A stretch of 64,000 bases of DNA from Bacteroidota bacterium. GTDB taxonomy: Bacteria > Bacteroidota > Rhodothermia > Rhodothermales > UBA10348. The stretch is taken from the NCBI GenBank assembly GCA_027622005.1, contig JAQBZH010000004.1:23586-87585 (forward strand), read 5' to 3'. A program made the translations under genes and the position numbers. Below the pieces are notes generated by a model. That model had not been told where the DNA came from and searched no databases. It saw nothing but the letters and a program-made list of their open reading frames with translations. Shown one piece after another: positions 10,329 through 20,295 of this stretch; the stretch's first letter is position 1; each line of letters starts with the position of its first letter.

Positions 10329-10446
10329 AATGTTATTTCAAATGGGCGAAATGCGGCAAACTTCAAATTGCCAGGCGATCAGTTAGAGGGACAAAGATAC
10401 CAATTAATGGCTTTCTGGAGGTGGAGCTAGTGCAAAATTCAACCAG

Positions 10447-11271
10447 CTATAGTCTAGGAACGATGCTCTGAATTAATCGAATGAGCTTTGGAGATGCTTT
10501 TGCTGCAGCGCGGAGGACATCTTCTAGTGTTATAACTTTCAATTCATCGGGAAAGCACTCGTCGGTGACAACAGAAAATGCAACGACGTTGATCCCCATA
10601 TGACGAGCTGCTAATACCTCAGGTACGGTGCTCATTCCTACAACATCAGCACCGAGCAACCGTAGCATGTTATACTCGGCCTTGGTTTCCAAATTTGGCC
10701 CAACCACCGCTACATAAACTCCTTCATGAATAGGAATACTGGTTTCATTGGCCGCTATGCGAACAATTGCGCGAAGAGCTGAATTGTAAGGATCGCTCAT
10801 ATCCGGAAATCTCGGACCCCATTCGGCCACGTTAGGACCCTCTAAAGGATTGTGGCCCATCATGTTGATGTGATCCTTTAGCAGCACAATTTCACCTGCT
10901 CGATACTCCGGATTCATGGCTCCGCATGCATTGGTCAAGATCAGCGTTTTAACCCCACAAAGCCCAAGTGCGCGTACCGGAAGAGTAACGGTTTGTGCGT
11001 CGTAGCCCTCATACAGATGAACTCGGCCTCTCAGGAGTAGAACGGGGTCAGAATTGATGATACCCAATACCAGCGTTCCCTGGTGCGACTGGACGGTTGA
11101 AACGGGAAAATGTGGAATATCCCGATAGGGAATTTCGAGGAGTACTTCTACCGATGATAACAGTGCGTCCAAGCCGGTTCCAAGAACGATAGCTTTTGAA
11201 GGAACGTCGCTGATTTTGGACCGAATATAGGCGGCTGCTTCTTCAACCCGTCTTCTGTAATCAAGAGCCAT
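10447..11271 (-). CDS. punA: Purine nucleoside phosphorylase (trimeric PNP/MTAP family)
   Basis: 274 aa. RVHLYEGY, ILTNACGAMN, GPRFPDMSDPY and MSTVPEV motifs. Confidence 0.8.
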   Translation of the reverse strand: MALDYRRRVEEAAAYIRSKISDVPSKAIVLGTGLDALLSSVEVLLEIPYRDIPHFPVSTVQSHQGTLVLGIINSDPVLLLRGRVHLYEGYDAQTVTLPVRALGLCGVKTLILTNACGAMNPEYRAGEIVLLKDHINMMGHNPLEGPNVAEWGPRFPDMSDPYNSALRAIVRIAANETSIPIHEGVYVAVVGPNLETKAEYNMLRLLGADVVGMSTVPEVLAARHMGINVVAFSVVTDECFPDELKVITLEDVLRAAAKASPKLIRLIQSIVPRL

Positions 11272-11277
11272 ATCGCT

Positions 11278-12354
11278 TTATTCGTCATCCAGATCCTTCA
11301 GGATCTGGTGGATTTTCCTAATTTCGGCCTCGGTTTCATCGTCAACGCCAACCTCTTCGGACATCAAGTTGGATCCTGGAAAGCGAAGGTTTTTGTAGCC
11401 CTGCAGAGGCTCGCGATGAGCGGCCGTGCGTTTGTCCTCTACTTCATCATTGGAGGCGTCATCCGAGTTTTCTTCCGAGGTGTCATCGGAGTTATCGTCA
11501 GAGTTAAAGATGGGGGTCACCCTCCATGACGGAGCCGTTTCCGGTTCGAGATCGATTTCATCGGTTCCGACTTCGCTTTCATCATCAAGCTCTAAATCAT
11601 CCAAATCGTCTTCCGCTTCTAGCGTATTCCAATCATTTTCCGGGCCGTCCAGAGGGGTTGAAGAAGATGAGGACTGCGGCCCAGACGATTCTTCTTCCAA
11701 TTCTTCCCACGACGAACGCGAGCCTTCCCGCCCTCCTGTTGGAAACACATTCAATTCGACCTCTTTCCATGCGCTTTTGGGCTCAGATGGCGCCTCCGGT
11801 TCGATTTCAGGCTCATGTTCATCGTCTGCATGAGGACTTAACGGCTCATCTCGAACGAGTTCAATCTGTTTCATTGCCGAAGAACCAACCAACGAAGGCC
11901 GGATATTCTCAGAATCAAAATGGCTCAATATTTCCATTTCCGACGTGAGAAAGGCTCGTAATTTGGCAACGATTTCCTGTTGGCGAACGGCATATTTGGC
12001 GGTATCGCGTTTCATCTGCAAGCGCTCAGAATCAGCATTTTTCTGAAGATCGACGACTCGGTTTTCCGCATCTTCAAGGGTATTACGGGCCTTCATTTCG
12101 GCGTTTTCAATCGTAATCCGAGCACTGGAGCGGGCTGTTTGCAAAGCTTGTTCCAAAGCTTCCTCCACCTTCATGTAGTGGTCCAATTTTAATTGCTGCT
12201 CGCTAACTTTCTCGCCGCTTCTTCGAAGATCATCGACCAGCTCCTGCCACTGCGTTGCCAGTACCTGAAGAAAAGAATCGACCTCGTCCATGTCGTATCC
12301 ACGGAACGAACGATTGAACTCCTGTTTACGAATATCGAGAGACGTAATTTTCAT
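11278..12354 (-). CDS. DivIVA-domain protein with a long acidic, low-complexity C-terminal half
   Basis: 358 aa. N-terminus MKITSLDIRKQEFNRSFRGYDMDEVDSFL is DivIVA-like. The C-terminal ~200 aa are D/E/S-rich (NSDDNSDDTSEENSDDASND). Confidence 0.75.
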   Translation of the reverse strand: MKITSLDIRKQEFNRSFRGYDMDEVDSFLQVLATQWQELVDDLRRSGEKVSEQQLKLDHYMKVEEALEQALQTARSSARITIENAEMKARNTLEDAENRVVDLQKNADSERLQMKRDTAKYAVRQQEIVAKLRAFLTSEMEILSHFDSENIRPSLVGSSAMKQIELVRDEPLSPHADDEHEPEIEPEAPSEPKSAWKEVELNVFPTGGREGSRSSWEELEEESSGPQSSSSSTPLDGPENDWNTLEAEDDLDDLELDDESEVGTDEIDLEPETAPSWRVTPIFNSDDNSDDTSEENSDDASNDEVEDKRTAAHREPLQGYKNLRFPGSNLMSEEVGVDDETEAEIRKIHQILKDLDDE

Positions 12355-12461
12355 TTAGTAACTCCGTCGAGTAGTCCTAGAAATGCGCTAGACAACCCGA
12401 AATCAATAGTTTTCAAAAGGTTTTTGTAAGATACTGATTTGAAATGAAACCAAGCACTCCG

Positions 12462-13160
12462 TTAGGACCTTTCGCCGAATAAAGAACTCCCTACCCTAAC
12501 AATGGTGGCTCCCTCTTCGATGGCCAGTTCAAAATCCGAACTCATTCCCATAGATAATTCGGGTGCGTTGGTAAAGTCGAGTCGATCTTGGACGGACTCT
12601 GACAAAGACCTCAGGAGTGCAAATTGTGGACGGATGGTTTCGAGATTCTCAGATGGAGCCGCCAGGGTCATCAATCCACCGATTTTGATTGTTGGGAAGG
12701 CGGAAATATGATCAACGAACGAATCAAGTTCGCTCGGTTGAAGCCCAAACTTTGAGTCTTCACCCGATACGTTGACCTGAATCAAACAACGTAATGTGTG
12801 CTGACTTTCTTTTAATTGGGCGTGAAGGGTTTCGGCTAAACGTACGCTATCGAGAGCGTGAAAAAGATGTGTTTTACCCACCAATTCCTTGGCTTTATTC
12901 CGCTGTAGATGCCCGATTACGTGCCATCTGATGGGCGGAGCTCCTGGGAAGTCGACATAATCCTTCGTTTTTTGAACGAACTCCTGGATTTTGTTTTCTC
13001 CAAAGTCGACTTGACCGAGTCTAGCAAATGAAACGACATCCTCGATCGGAAAGGTCTTTGATACCGCCACCAGCGTAACGTCGCTCCCCTTCCGGCCAGA
13101 GCGCTTAGCGGCCGCGTTGATTTTGTCTTGTATCTCTAAAAGTCGCTCTTTTGGACTCAC
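12462..13160 (-). CDS. yggS: YggS-family pyridoxal-phosphate homeostasis protein
   Basis: 232 aa. LVAVSKT and WHVIGHLQRNKAKEL motifs. Confidence 0.85.
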   Translation of the reverse strand: MSPKERLLEIQDKINAAAKRSGRKGSDVTLVAVSKTFPIEDVVSFARLGQVDFGENKIQEFVQKTKDYVDFPGAPPIRWHVIGHLQRNKAKELVGKTHLFHALDSVRLAETLHAQLKESQHTLRCLIQVNVSGEDSKFGLQPSELDSFVDHISAFPTIKIGGLMTLAAPSENLETIRPQFALLRSLSESVQDRLDFTNAPELSMGMSSDFELAIEEGATIVRVGSSLFGERS

Positions 13161-13222
13161 TTAACGCCTTTATGACTCTCTTAATACCTTAATAATCGGC
13201 GAAATGCTTTTTTTACCGGGGC

Positions 13223-15760
13223 TCAGGTTTCTTTTCGAAGCACATCGAGTGCTTCTTTGTCGTAGACCCCTCGGGAATTTAGTTGTCCTACCACAATAGT
13301 GACACCAATAACACTCGCAATCAGAAGTAAAATTGGTCCAAAAGGGATAATAAAATTGGCTTCAAATACAAACCGGGAAACGCCCCAGCCTGCCGCCAAC
13401 GATAATAAAACACCAGTAAACGAGGAAGCGACGCCGAGTACAAAATACTCGGTGGTCATAATTTGAAGGACCGTTCGACGGGACGCCCCAAGCGTTTTCA
13501 AAAGAACCGACTCCTCGATTCGCTGAAAACGACTGATCATAACGGCTCCAGACAACACTAGCAGACCTGTAATAATCGAAAACAAAGCCATAAATCTCAC
13601 CACAAAGGATATGCGCGAGAAAATGGCTTGAAACACTGTTAGTACGACCGAAATATCGATGGAAGAAATATTGGGGTAGCGTTTTACGACCATTGCCTGA
13701 ATCATAGCTGAAGCTTCCGGTGTTTCCGTTCGGCTCATTACCACGTGAAAAGCCGGCGCATCGTTAATGGACCCTTCAGGAAACACGAAAAAGAAGTTGG
13801 ACTGCATTTGGCGCCAGTTCACTTCCCGGATACTGGAAATGTATCCGGCAACGTCCACGCCTTGAATGTTAAAAACTAACGAGTCTCCAATGGTGATCTC
13901 TAGTTGTTTTGCGACCTCTCGTTCGACCGAAAGAGGAATGAGTCCGGTTCCTGAATAGCGGCCTTCAAACGTTCCCTCCAGGACCGTTTCCGACTCAGTG
14001 AGGTAATCGCGATAGGTAGAACGATACTCCCGCCGGTGTGCCCACGATAATTCCGAAGTCGTGTCTTCTCGCATACTTTCGATAGAAATCCCTTTTACGG
14101 ACGTCAGGCGCATAGATATCATAGCAACACGATCTATCACCGGCAAGTCGGATTCTTCAACCAGCTTGACGAGAGAGTCGACCTGGGCAGGCTGTACATC
14201 ATAAAAGACCAAATTGGGCTTGCCCTCCGTAGATGCCAAATCGATTTGCCCGAGAAGCGTCGATTCGCTGATAATCATAGTGGAAACCAGAAAGGTCCCA
14301 AAACCAAGGGCGAGAACCATCATAAGGGTCTGGTTTTGCGGGCGATGCAGATTCGCCAAGCCCTGTTTTATCACGAACGATACGCCGGAGGGCGGTTTGG
14401 CCGCCAAAAAACGCATAACCAGTTTCGCCGTGCCCGCCAAAAGGGCGAATACAACAGCTACAGTGGCAGAATACCCCAATCCCATCGTGAGTGTTGGAGC
14501 CTGAATGACCGCAATAACAGTCACCAAAAGGGCCATTAGCCCGAATAGAAGCCATTTGGCCCGTTTATTTTTTGCACGGTCGTTTTCTTGATCAAAATCC
14601 GTCCTCAGTGCAGCAAGCGGAGGAATATTTCGGATATCCAAAAGAGGCATCATCGCGAAAATTAGGGTGACTCCGATACCCATGGCCGAACCAATGAGAA
14701 CGGCGGACCATGAAACACTAAACTCGACATCGACCGGGAGGAAATCTCCCAGAATCACGGGCAACATAGACTGCAATCCGATGCCGATGGCACTTCCTAA
14801 AAAGGCGCCGACTAACCCCATCCCTAAGGCTTGAATCAAGTAAATGGCAAATGCTTGATGCGAAGAGGCCCCATAGACGCGCAAAACGGCAATCGTTTGA
14901 ATTCGCTGGCGGATATACACGTGGATTGAACTCGCGACCCCTAAACTGCCCAGTAGAAGCGACATATACCCGACCAAACCCAAAAATCGGTAAAGATTGG
15001 TCAGCGACTGATCCCAGTTACTCCGCTCTTCTTCGACCGTATCCGCTCGAATGCTATGGGCTTCCAACGTATCTGACAGGGATTCGACAATGGCGTCGGG
15101 GTCTTCGATATCGTCCAGTCGAAAATAAATTTCATACTCAGCGCGGCTGCCAATTGATAATAACGTCGTATCCACGTCCGCCAACGGTACGTAAATGCGA
15201 GGGCTGAAGAGCATGATGGCGGCCGTTTCCCGGGGTGTCTGGATTAATTTCCCAGAAACCGTATAAGTCGCGTTGCCAATCCGAACGGAATCACCGATTT
15301 CGATGTCGTACTGGGCCATTAACGTTCCATCAATGAGAGCTCCCTTTTCGAACAAGTAAGTATCTGCTGCCTCCGGAGGGTCAGATTCGATCTTCCCATA
15401 AAAAGGAAATCCGGGCTCTTGCCCGCGAACCGTGGCAAGCCGCGCGGTATTACTTTTCGGGAAGTAGGCCATCGAAGAAAACGAGGTTCTTCGGCTCTGA
15501 ATGCCTCCCAGCGAGTCAATAATGGCCTCGATCGTGGCTGGAAAAGGCTCGCCGCTCTCCATGCTGAGATCAGCGCCTAGGAGCGTTTTTGACTCGAAAT
15601 CGATCGCGCGGCGCAGGTTGTCTCCAAACGAATTGATCGATACAAGAGCGGCAACTCCGAGTACCATTGATGTGACAAACAAGAATAGTTTAGCGCGGCT
15701 TCCCCTGGAGTCTCTCCATGCAAACGTAAAAAGCCACTTAAGCATGCGCCACTGCCTCAT
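13223..15760 (-). CDS. ABC transporter permease, duplicated FtsX type (YbbP-like)
   Basis: 845 aa with two FtsX-like TM bundles. Overlaps the upstream ATPase gene by 23 nt. Confidence 0.85.
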   Translation of the reverse strand: MRQWRMLKWLFTFAWRDSRGSRAKLFLFVTSMVLGVAALVSINSFGDNLRRAIDFESKTLLGADLSMESGEPFPATIEAIIDSLGGIQSRRTSFSSMAYFPKSNTARLATVRGQEPGFPFYGKIESDPPEAADTYLFEKGALIDGTLMAQYDIEIGDSVRIGNATYTVSGKLIQTPRETAAIMLFSPRIYVPLADVDTTLLSIGSRAEYEIYFRLDDIEDPDAIVESLSDTLEAHSIRADTVEEERSNWDQSLTNLYRFLGLVGYMSLLLGSLGVASSIHVYIRQRIQTIAVLRVYGASSHQAFAIYLIQALGMGLVGAFLGSAIGIGLQSMLPVILGDFLPVDVEFSVSWSAVLIGSAMGIGVTLIFAMMPLLDIRNIPPLAALRTDFDQENDRAKNKRAKWLLFGLMALLVTVIAVIQAPTLTMGLGYSATVAVVFALLAGTAKLVMRFLAAKPPSGVSFVIKQGLANLHRPQNQTLMMVLALGFGTFLVSTMIISESTLLGQIDLASTEGKPNLVFYDVQPAQVDSLVKLVEESDLPVIDRVAMISMRLTSVKGISIESMREDTTSELSWAHRREYRSTYRDYLTESETVLEGTFEGRYSGTGLIPLSVEREVAKQLEITIGDSLVFNIQGVDVAGYISSIREVNWRQMQSNFFFVFPEGSINDAPAFHVVMSRTETPEASAMIQAMVVKRYPNISSIDISVVLTVFQAIFSRISFVVRFMALFSIITGLLVLSGAVMISRFQRIEESVLLKTLGASRRTVLQIMTTEYFVLGVASSFTGVLLSLAAGWGVSRFVFEANFIIPFGPILLLIASVIGVTIVVGQLNSRGVYDKEALDVLRKET

Positions 15761-16433
15761 TTTGCTCTGGAACGAGCTTACCCCGCTTTAACCGAATGAT
15801 GCGCGCCGTTTTTGCCGCCAGCTCCAAGTTATGGGTGACTAATACCAGCGTTGTTCCAGCGGTCTCATTGAGTTGAAAAAGCAATTTTACAATGTTCTCT
15901 CCGGTGTCGGTATCCAGATTACCCGTTGGTTCATCGGCGAAAAGGATGTCGGGCTTGTTGATAAACGCCCGGGCCATCGCCACGCGCTGTTGTTCGCCTC
16001 CAGAAAGCTGGGCAGGATAGTGGTCTGTTCTATCGCCTAGTCCGACTTCTTCCAGTAAAAAACGTGCTTCCTTTTCTGCGTCCTTTCGTCCTTGGAGTTC
16101 GGCGGGAACGGTCACGTTTTCAAGGGCCGTGAGCGTAGGAATGAGCCGAAATGACTGAAAAACGAAGCCTACGTGCTTGTTTCTAACACGGGCTCGTTCA
16201 TCTTCGCTCAGCGAGCCCATATCGTAACCACATAACTTCACGTGGCCCGAACTGGGCGCGTCGAGACCGGCTGCAAGACCTAATAAAGTCGTTTTTCCGC
16301 TCCCCGACGGGCCAACGATCGAAACCGTGTCGCCCCTCATCAATTCAAACGATACGGAATCGAGCACCGTAAGCGAGCCATGACCGCTTTTATAGGTTCG
16401 AGTTAAACCGTTTATTTCCAGGACCTTATCCAT
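15738..16433 (-). CDS. ABC transporter ATP-binding protein (YbbA/LolD-like)
   Basis: 231 aa. Walker [10 protein letters not shown], signature [14 protein letters not shown], Walker [13 protein letters not shown]. Confidence 0.9.
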   Translation of the reverse strand: MDKVLEINGLTRTYKSGHGSLTVLDSVSFELMRGDTVSIVGPSGSGKTTLLGLAAGLDAPSSGHVKLCGYDMGSLSEDERARVRNKHVGFVFQSFRLIPTLTALENVTVPAELQGRKDAEKEARFLLEEVGLGDRTDHYPAQLSGGEQQRVAMARAFINKPDILFADEPTGNLDTDTGENIVKLLFQLNETAGTTLVLVTHNLELAAKTARIIRLKRGKLVPEQNEAVAHA

Positions 16434-16447
16434 ACAACTGTTTAATT

Positions 16448-17227
16448 ATGGTGTCTAACTCGCATGATTTCGCTCTCAGGAGCGCATTGAAAGATCGCAA
16501 GACCTTGCTATACCCTACCCTGTGTCTTGTTGTTCTGCTCTCAGCGTGTTCTTCAGACAAATCTCAAGAGACTCCACAGGATCTGGCCACTTCGGACGCT
16601 ACTTCAACTCCTGAAAGCAATCAACAGGGGGCTACATTGGGCACTACAGCCTCGGATTCAGCTATTCGCGTTGTCTTTTTAGGGGATAGCATTACAGCCG
16701 GTGCTGGAGTCGGACAAGAAGAAGCGTTTCCCTATCTCGTTTCGGAAATGGCGAAAAAAGAAGGGCTTGATGCGATATTTATAGACGGCGGTGTTTCCGG
16801 TGATACGAGTACCGGCGGATTGAACCGTATCGATTGGCTCCTGAAAAACCGAGTGGATGTCCTCGTGTTGGAACTCGGCGGAAACGACGGTTTGAGAGGT
16901 GTTGATTTGACCTTAACCCAAGAAAACCTGTCAAATATCATCAGAAAAACAAAACAAACTTGGCCGGAAGCTGAAATCGTGGTGGCGGGCATGCAGGTCC
17001 ATACAAATATCGGTCACGAGTACACAGCACAGTTTAAGACGATGTTTCCAAGACTTGCAAAGGAGCACGATGCAGCGCTTATTCCTTTTATTTTGGAAGG
17101 CGTAGGTGGGGTTAAAGAATTGAACCAACCCGACGGTATTCACCCGACGCCAAAAGGGCATCAAATAGTTGCTGAAACTGTTTGGAAAACGTTGCAGCCC
17201 ATCCTGTTAGCCAAGTCACAGCGGTAG
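16448..17227 (+). CDS. SGNH/GDSL arylesterase-lipase (TesA-like), probable lipoprotein
   Basis: 259 aa. FLGDSITAG, LGGNDG and DGIHP blocks; lipobox-like LLSAC. An in-frame TTG at 16487 preceded by AGGAG is an alternative start. Confidence 0.8.
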   Translation: MVSNSHDFALRSALKDRKTLLYPTLCLVVLLSACSSDKSQETPQDLATSDATSTPESNQQGATLGTTASDSAIRVVFLGDSITAGAGVGQEEAFPYLVSEMAKKEGLDAIFIDGGVSGDTSTGGLNRIDWLLKNRVDVLVLELGGNDGLRGVDLTLTQENLSNIIRKTKQTWPEAEIVVAGMQVHTNIGHEYTAQFKTMFPRLAKEHDAALIPFILEGVGGVKELNQPDGIHPTPKGHQIVAETVWKTLQPILLAKSQR

Positions 17228-17264
17228 GGTAAAAGCCTTTCGGCTAACTGCCTCGGTTGGCTCT

Positions 17265-18707
17265 TTAAAGCTGCTTGACTTCGTTAGTAACCGCCGCGAT
17301 GGATGCTTTGGCGTCGCCAAATAGCATCTGGTTATTTGAGTTGTAAAACAGTTCGTTGTCAATTCCTGCATATCCAGGTCGCATACTACGTTTTAGGACG
17401 ATGGACGTGGCTGCTTTATCAACGTTTAGAATCGGCATGCCGTAAATCGGGCTTGCTTTGTCGTGCCGAGCGGCTGGGTTAACCACGTCGTTGGCGCCAA
17501 TTACCACGGCGACATCCGTCGTTTCAAATTCCGCATTGATCTCATCCATTTCAAAGAGCTGATCGTACGGAACATTGGCTTCTGCCAACAACACATTCAT
17601 ATGACCTGGCATACGACCTGCAACCGGGTGAATCGCATATTTCACTTCCACGCCCTTTTTGATCAGTTCTTCCGCCAATTCCCGGACGGTGTGTTGAGCT
17701 TGAGCAACGGCCATACCATATCCGGGTACAAAAATAACCTTATTGGCATAACTAAGAAGAATAGCGACATCGTCAGCAGACGTTGAATTGACTGTCATCC
17801 CGGCCGTAGAAACTCCTCCTCCCGAAGCGGCATCACCGCCATCTCCCCCGAATCCACCAATCAAAACATTGAGCAACGAGCGGTTCATGGCCACACACAT
17901 AATATTCGTGAGGATAAGCCCCGAAGCGCCAACCAACGCACCCGAAATAATGAGCGCATTATTGTTTAAAACAAATCCAGTGGCGGCGGCTGCTAGCCCC
18001 GAATAGGAGTTGAGCAGCGCTACTACAACGGGCATGTCAGCGCCGCCGATGGGAATTACCAGTAAAATCCCTAGCAGAGCTCCCGCTATGGCGATTACAA
18101 TCGCACCATTCAGCACAGGATCTGCATTAATTTCGGTCAAGGCGTTGTTTTCGATAGCCATCCAAATAGTTGCGGCGATCGAAGCGAGCATCAATACAAC
18201 GGTAATGACTCGCATCCCGAAAAAAGAAATGGGATTGCCAGAAATTCGCTCGGAAAGCTTGCCAAACGCCACAAAACTACCGGTAAATGTTATCATGCCA
18301 ATCAGAATGGAGAGCGAAATGGTGATGGCTGTTATGGCCGTAAACTCATTTCCACCGGTGTCCGCGGCATTGTGGGCCATAAACCGGGCGATCTCGGCTC
18401 CTGCCACTAGCACCGAAGCGATGCCGCCAAATCCATTAAATGCGGCTACTAATTCAGGCATACCGGTCATTTCGACCTTTTTTGCCAGATAAGCTCCAAT
18501 TCCGGCCCCAATGACCACGCCAATCAACATCTGGACGGGGGTCAGTAATTCCTTGAAAAACAGAGTTGCTACCACGGCTACCAGCATCCCAACGGCCGCC
18601 AACTGATTGCCTTTTCGAGCGGTTGCCGGCGACTGCAGACGCTTCAGCCCGTATATGAACATGATTCCAGATACGAGATAAGCAATATCAATAATGTTTT
18701 GCTTCAT
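17265..18707 (-). CDS. pntB: NAD(P) transhydrogenase subunit beta
   Basis: 480 aa. Polytopic N-terminal half plus a C-terminal NADP(H)-binding domain (VIFVPGYGMAVAQAQ, GANDVVNPAA). Confidence 0.9.
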   Translation of the reverse strand: MKQNIIDIAYLVSGIMFIYGLKRLQSPATARKGNQLAAVGMLVAVVATLFFKELLTPVQMLIGVVIGAGIGAYLAKKVEMTGMPELVAAFNGFGGIASVLVAGAEIARFMAHNAADTGGNEFTAITAITISLSILIGMITFTGSFVAFGKLSERISGNPISFFGMRVITVVLMLASIAATIWMAIENNALTEINADPVLNGAIVIAIAGALLGILLVIPIGGADMPVVVALLNSYSGLAAAATGFVLNNNALIISGALVGASGLILTNIMCVAMNRSLLNVLIGGFGGDGGDAASGGGVSTAGMTVNSTSADDVAILLSYANKVIFVPGYGMAVAQAQHTVRELAEELIKKGVEVKYAIHPVAGRMPGHMNVLLAEANVPYDQLFEMDEINAEFETTDVAVVIGANDVVNPAARHDKASPIYGMPILNVDKAATSIVLKRSMRPGYAGIDNELFYNSNNQMLFGDAKASIAAVTNEVKQL

Positions 18708-18756
18708 GAGCCGATAGCCAAATTCAAGTTTAGTTCAGTGACAAATCAGAACAGTT

Positions 18757-19029
18757 TCAATCCTTTTTTTTGAACATCTGTAGTATGCGGTCGGTAACCA
18801 AAAATCCGCCAACCACATTGATCGTAGCCACGATGACCGCTACAAACCCAAGCCACATCGCCCAGGCATCGCCGACCATCCCAGCCACAATCAAGGCTCC
18901 AACCAGGGTGATACCAGAAATGGCATTCGACCCGGACATCAACGGCGTATGTAGTGTGGCCGGTACTTTGCTAATGACTTCGGCCCCTATTATGGATGCC
19001 AAAATGAAAACAATTAGACTTTCGAGCAT
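18757..19029 (-). CDS. pntAB: NAD(P) transhydrogenase subunit alpha part 2 (membrane piece)
   Basis: Start placed at MLESLIVFILASIIG (ATG 19029). The longer ORF beginning at 19113 would overlap pntAA. About 90 aa with 3 TM segments, lying between pntAA and pntB. Confidence 0.8.
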   Translation of the reverse strand: MLESLIVFILASIIGAEVISKVPATLHTPLMSGSNAISGITLVGALIVAGMVGDAWAMWLGFVAVIVATINVVGGFLVTDRILQMFKKKD

Positions 19030-19055
19030 GGAAATGACTGATTTTAAATGTTCTA

Positions 19056-20186
19056 TTAACCGAGTAGCGCTTTTACGCGTTCGTTGACAACAGCTCCGCC
19101 CCGAGTGACACATGATCCGACAAATACTTCGTCGTCGTCTTTTGGGGTAAAGCCGGACTCTCCCGTAAAGTCTTGAAGCATGGCGAGCAATGTTTTCGAG
19201 TACAACTGGCTGGCATGAACCGACATGTCCGTTATCAAATTGGCTTCCCCAACTATCGTAACACCATGACGCACAATGGTTTGACCCGGTTCAGTTAATT
19301 CGCAGTTGCCCCCGTTTTGGGCCGCCATATCGACAATTATCGAGCCTTCCGCCATGGCTTTTACGGCATCTTCTGTAATCAGGATGGGAGCCTTTCTCCC
19401 GGGAATAAGAGCCGTGGAGATCACCACGTCCGAATTCCCGATAAAGGGCACCAATAAAACAGTCTGTTGTTTGGCTTTTTCTTCAACGAGTGCCTTGGCA
19501 TATCCTCCCGAGTCAGCAGAATCCTGCCCTTCCAGGGCAAGCTCTACAAACGTCGCCCCTAAACTATGAACTTCTTCTTTGACCGCCTCCCGGATGTCGT
19601 AAGCCGAGACTCTCGCTCCCAACCTGCGGGCGGTGGCAATCGCTTGAAGCCCCGCGACTCCCGCTCCAAGAACCAGCACGTTGGCCGGTTTCACGGTTCC
19701 GGCGGCCGTTGTAAGAAGAGGAAAAAACTTAGGTAACATGGAAGCCGCCAGCAATACAGCCCTATACCCACCAATCGAGCTCAGCGCAGATAGCGCATCC
19801 ATCTTTTGTGCACGGGAAATTCGAGGCACCATTTCCATACTGAGCGCAGTCGTTCCCCGAGCCGCCATTTTCTGAGAAATCTGGGGCTCATCAAGCGGAT
19901 TCATAAACCCGATATAGGCCCCTCCTTCCTTCATGAGGGCAATTTCAGCGTCATTGGGGGGTTTTACTTTGACGACCACATCAGACGCCAGGGCCTGCTC
20001 CCTCGAAACGAGTGTGGCGCCGACTTTTTCGAAAGAATCATCCGAATAAAAAGCCATAGCTCCGGCTCCCCGCTCAACTTGAACAGTGGCTCCTGACTTA
20101 ACAAGCCGAGCCACGACTTCAGGAACGAGCGCAACCATCCGCTCTCCGGGAAAAGTTTCTTTGGGAACGCCTATCGTATAGGACAT
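19056..20186 (-). CDS. pntAA: NAD(P) transhydrogenase subunit alpha part 1 (alanine dehydrogenase-like dI domain)
   Basis: 376 aa. NAD-binding VLVLGAGVAGLQA. Confidence 0.9.
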   Translation of the reverse strand: MSYTIGVPKETFPGERMVALVPEVVARLVKSGATVQVERGAGAMAFYSDDSFEKVGATLVSREQALASDVVVKVKPPNDAEIALMKEGGAYIGFMNPLDEPQISQKMAARGTTALSMEMVPRISRAQKMDALSALSSIGGYRAVLLAASMLPKFFPLLTTAAGTVKPANVLVLGAGVAGLQAIATARRLGARVSAYDIREAVKEEVHSLGATFVELALEGQDSADSGGYAKALVEEKAKQQTVLLVPFIGNSDVVISTALIPGRKAPILITEDAVKAMAEGSIIVDMAAQNGGNCELTEPGQTIVRHGVTIVGEANLITDMSVHASQLYSKTLLAMLQDFTGESGFTPKDDDEVFVGSCVTRGGAVVNERVKALLG

Positions 20187-20295
20187 AGTGTTTTTTAAAA
20201 ATCTGACTTTACTGCGACCTATTTACAACTTCTGTAACGAGGTTTTTCTATCGCTTTTTGGATTGGACGTGTAAGGAACCTCCCCACAGGCTCGA

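Noticed and set aside
10329-10446. T-box leader upstream of ileS (and likewise 42475..42611 upstream of alaS)
   Set aside because: The spacers are only 118 and 137 bp. They lack a specifier-loop / T-box (AANNNGGTGGNACCGCG-like) sequence, and the second mostly holds the terminator of the upstream gene.
11426-11948. + strand ORFs of 135 and 140 aa (Ser-rich)
   Set aside because: They are antisense to the acidic tail of the DivIVA-domain gene. Their Ser/Phe runs are the complement of GA-rich Asp/Glu codons.
17228-17264. Bidirectional terminator between the esterase gene and pntB
   Set aside because: There is only a 4-bp stem (agcc tttc ggct) with no flanking T/A runs. This is too weak to call.
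17788-18492. + strand ORFs of 72 and 160 aa
   Set aside because: They are antisense to pntB and Ala/Pro/Ser/Thr/Ile-rich (mirror translation of a TM-helix-rich gene). Shadow ORFs.
19030-19113. Upstream 28 codons of the pntAB ORF (MCHSGRSCCQ...)
   Set aside because: They overlap the 3' end of pntAA. The internal ATG at 19029 begins directly at the first TM helix, as expected for the small alpha-2 subunit.
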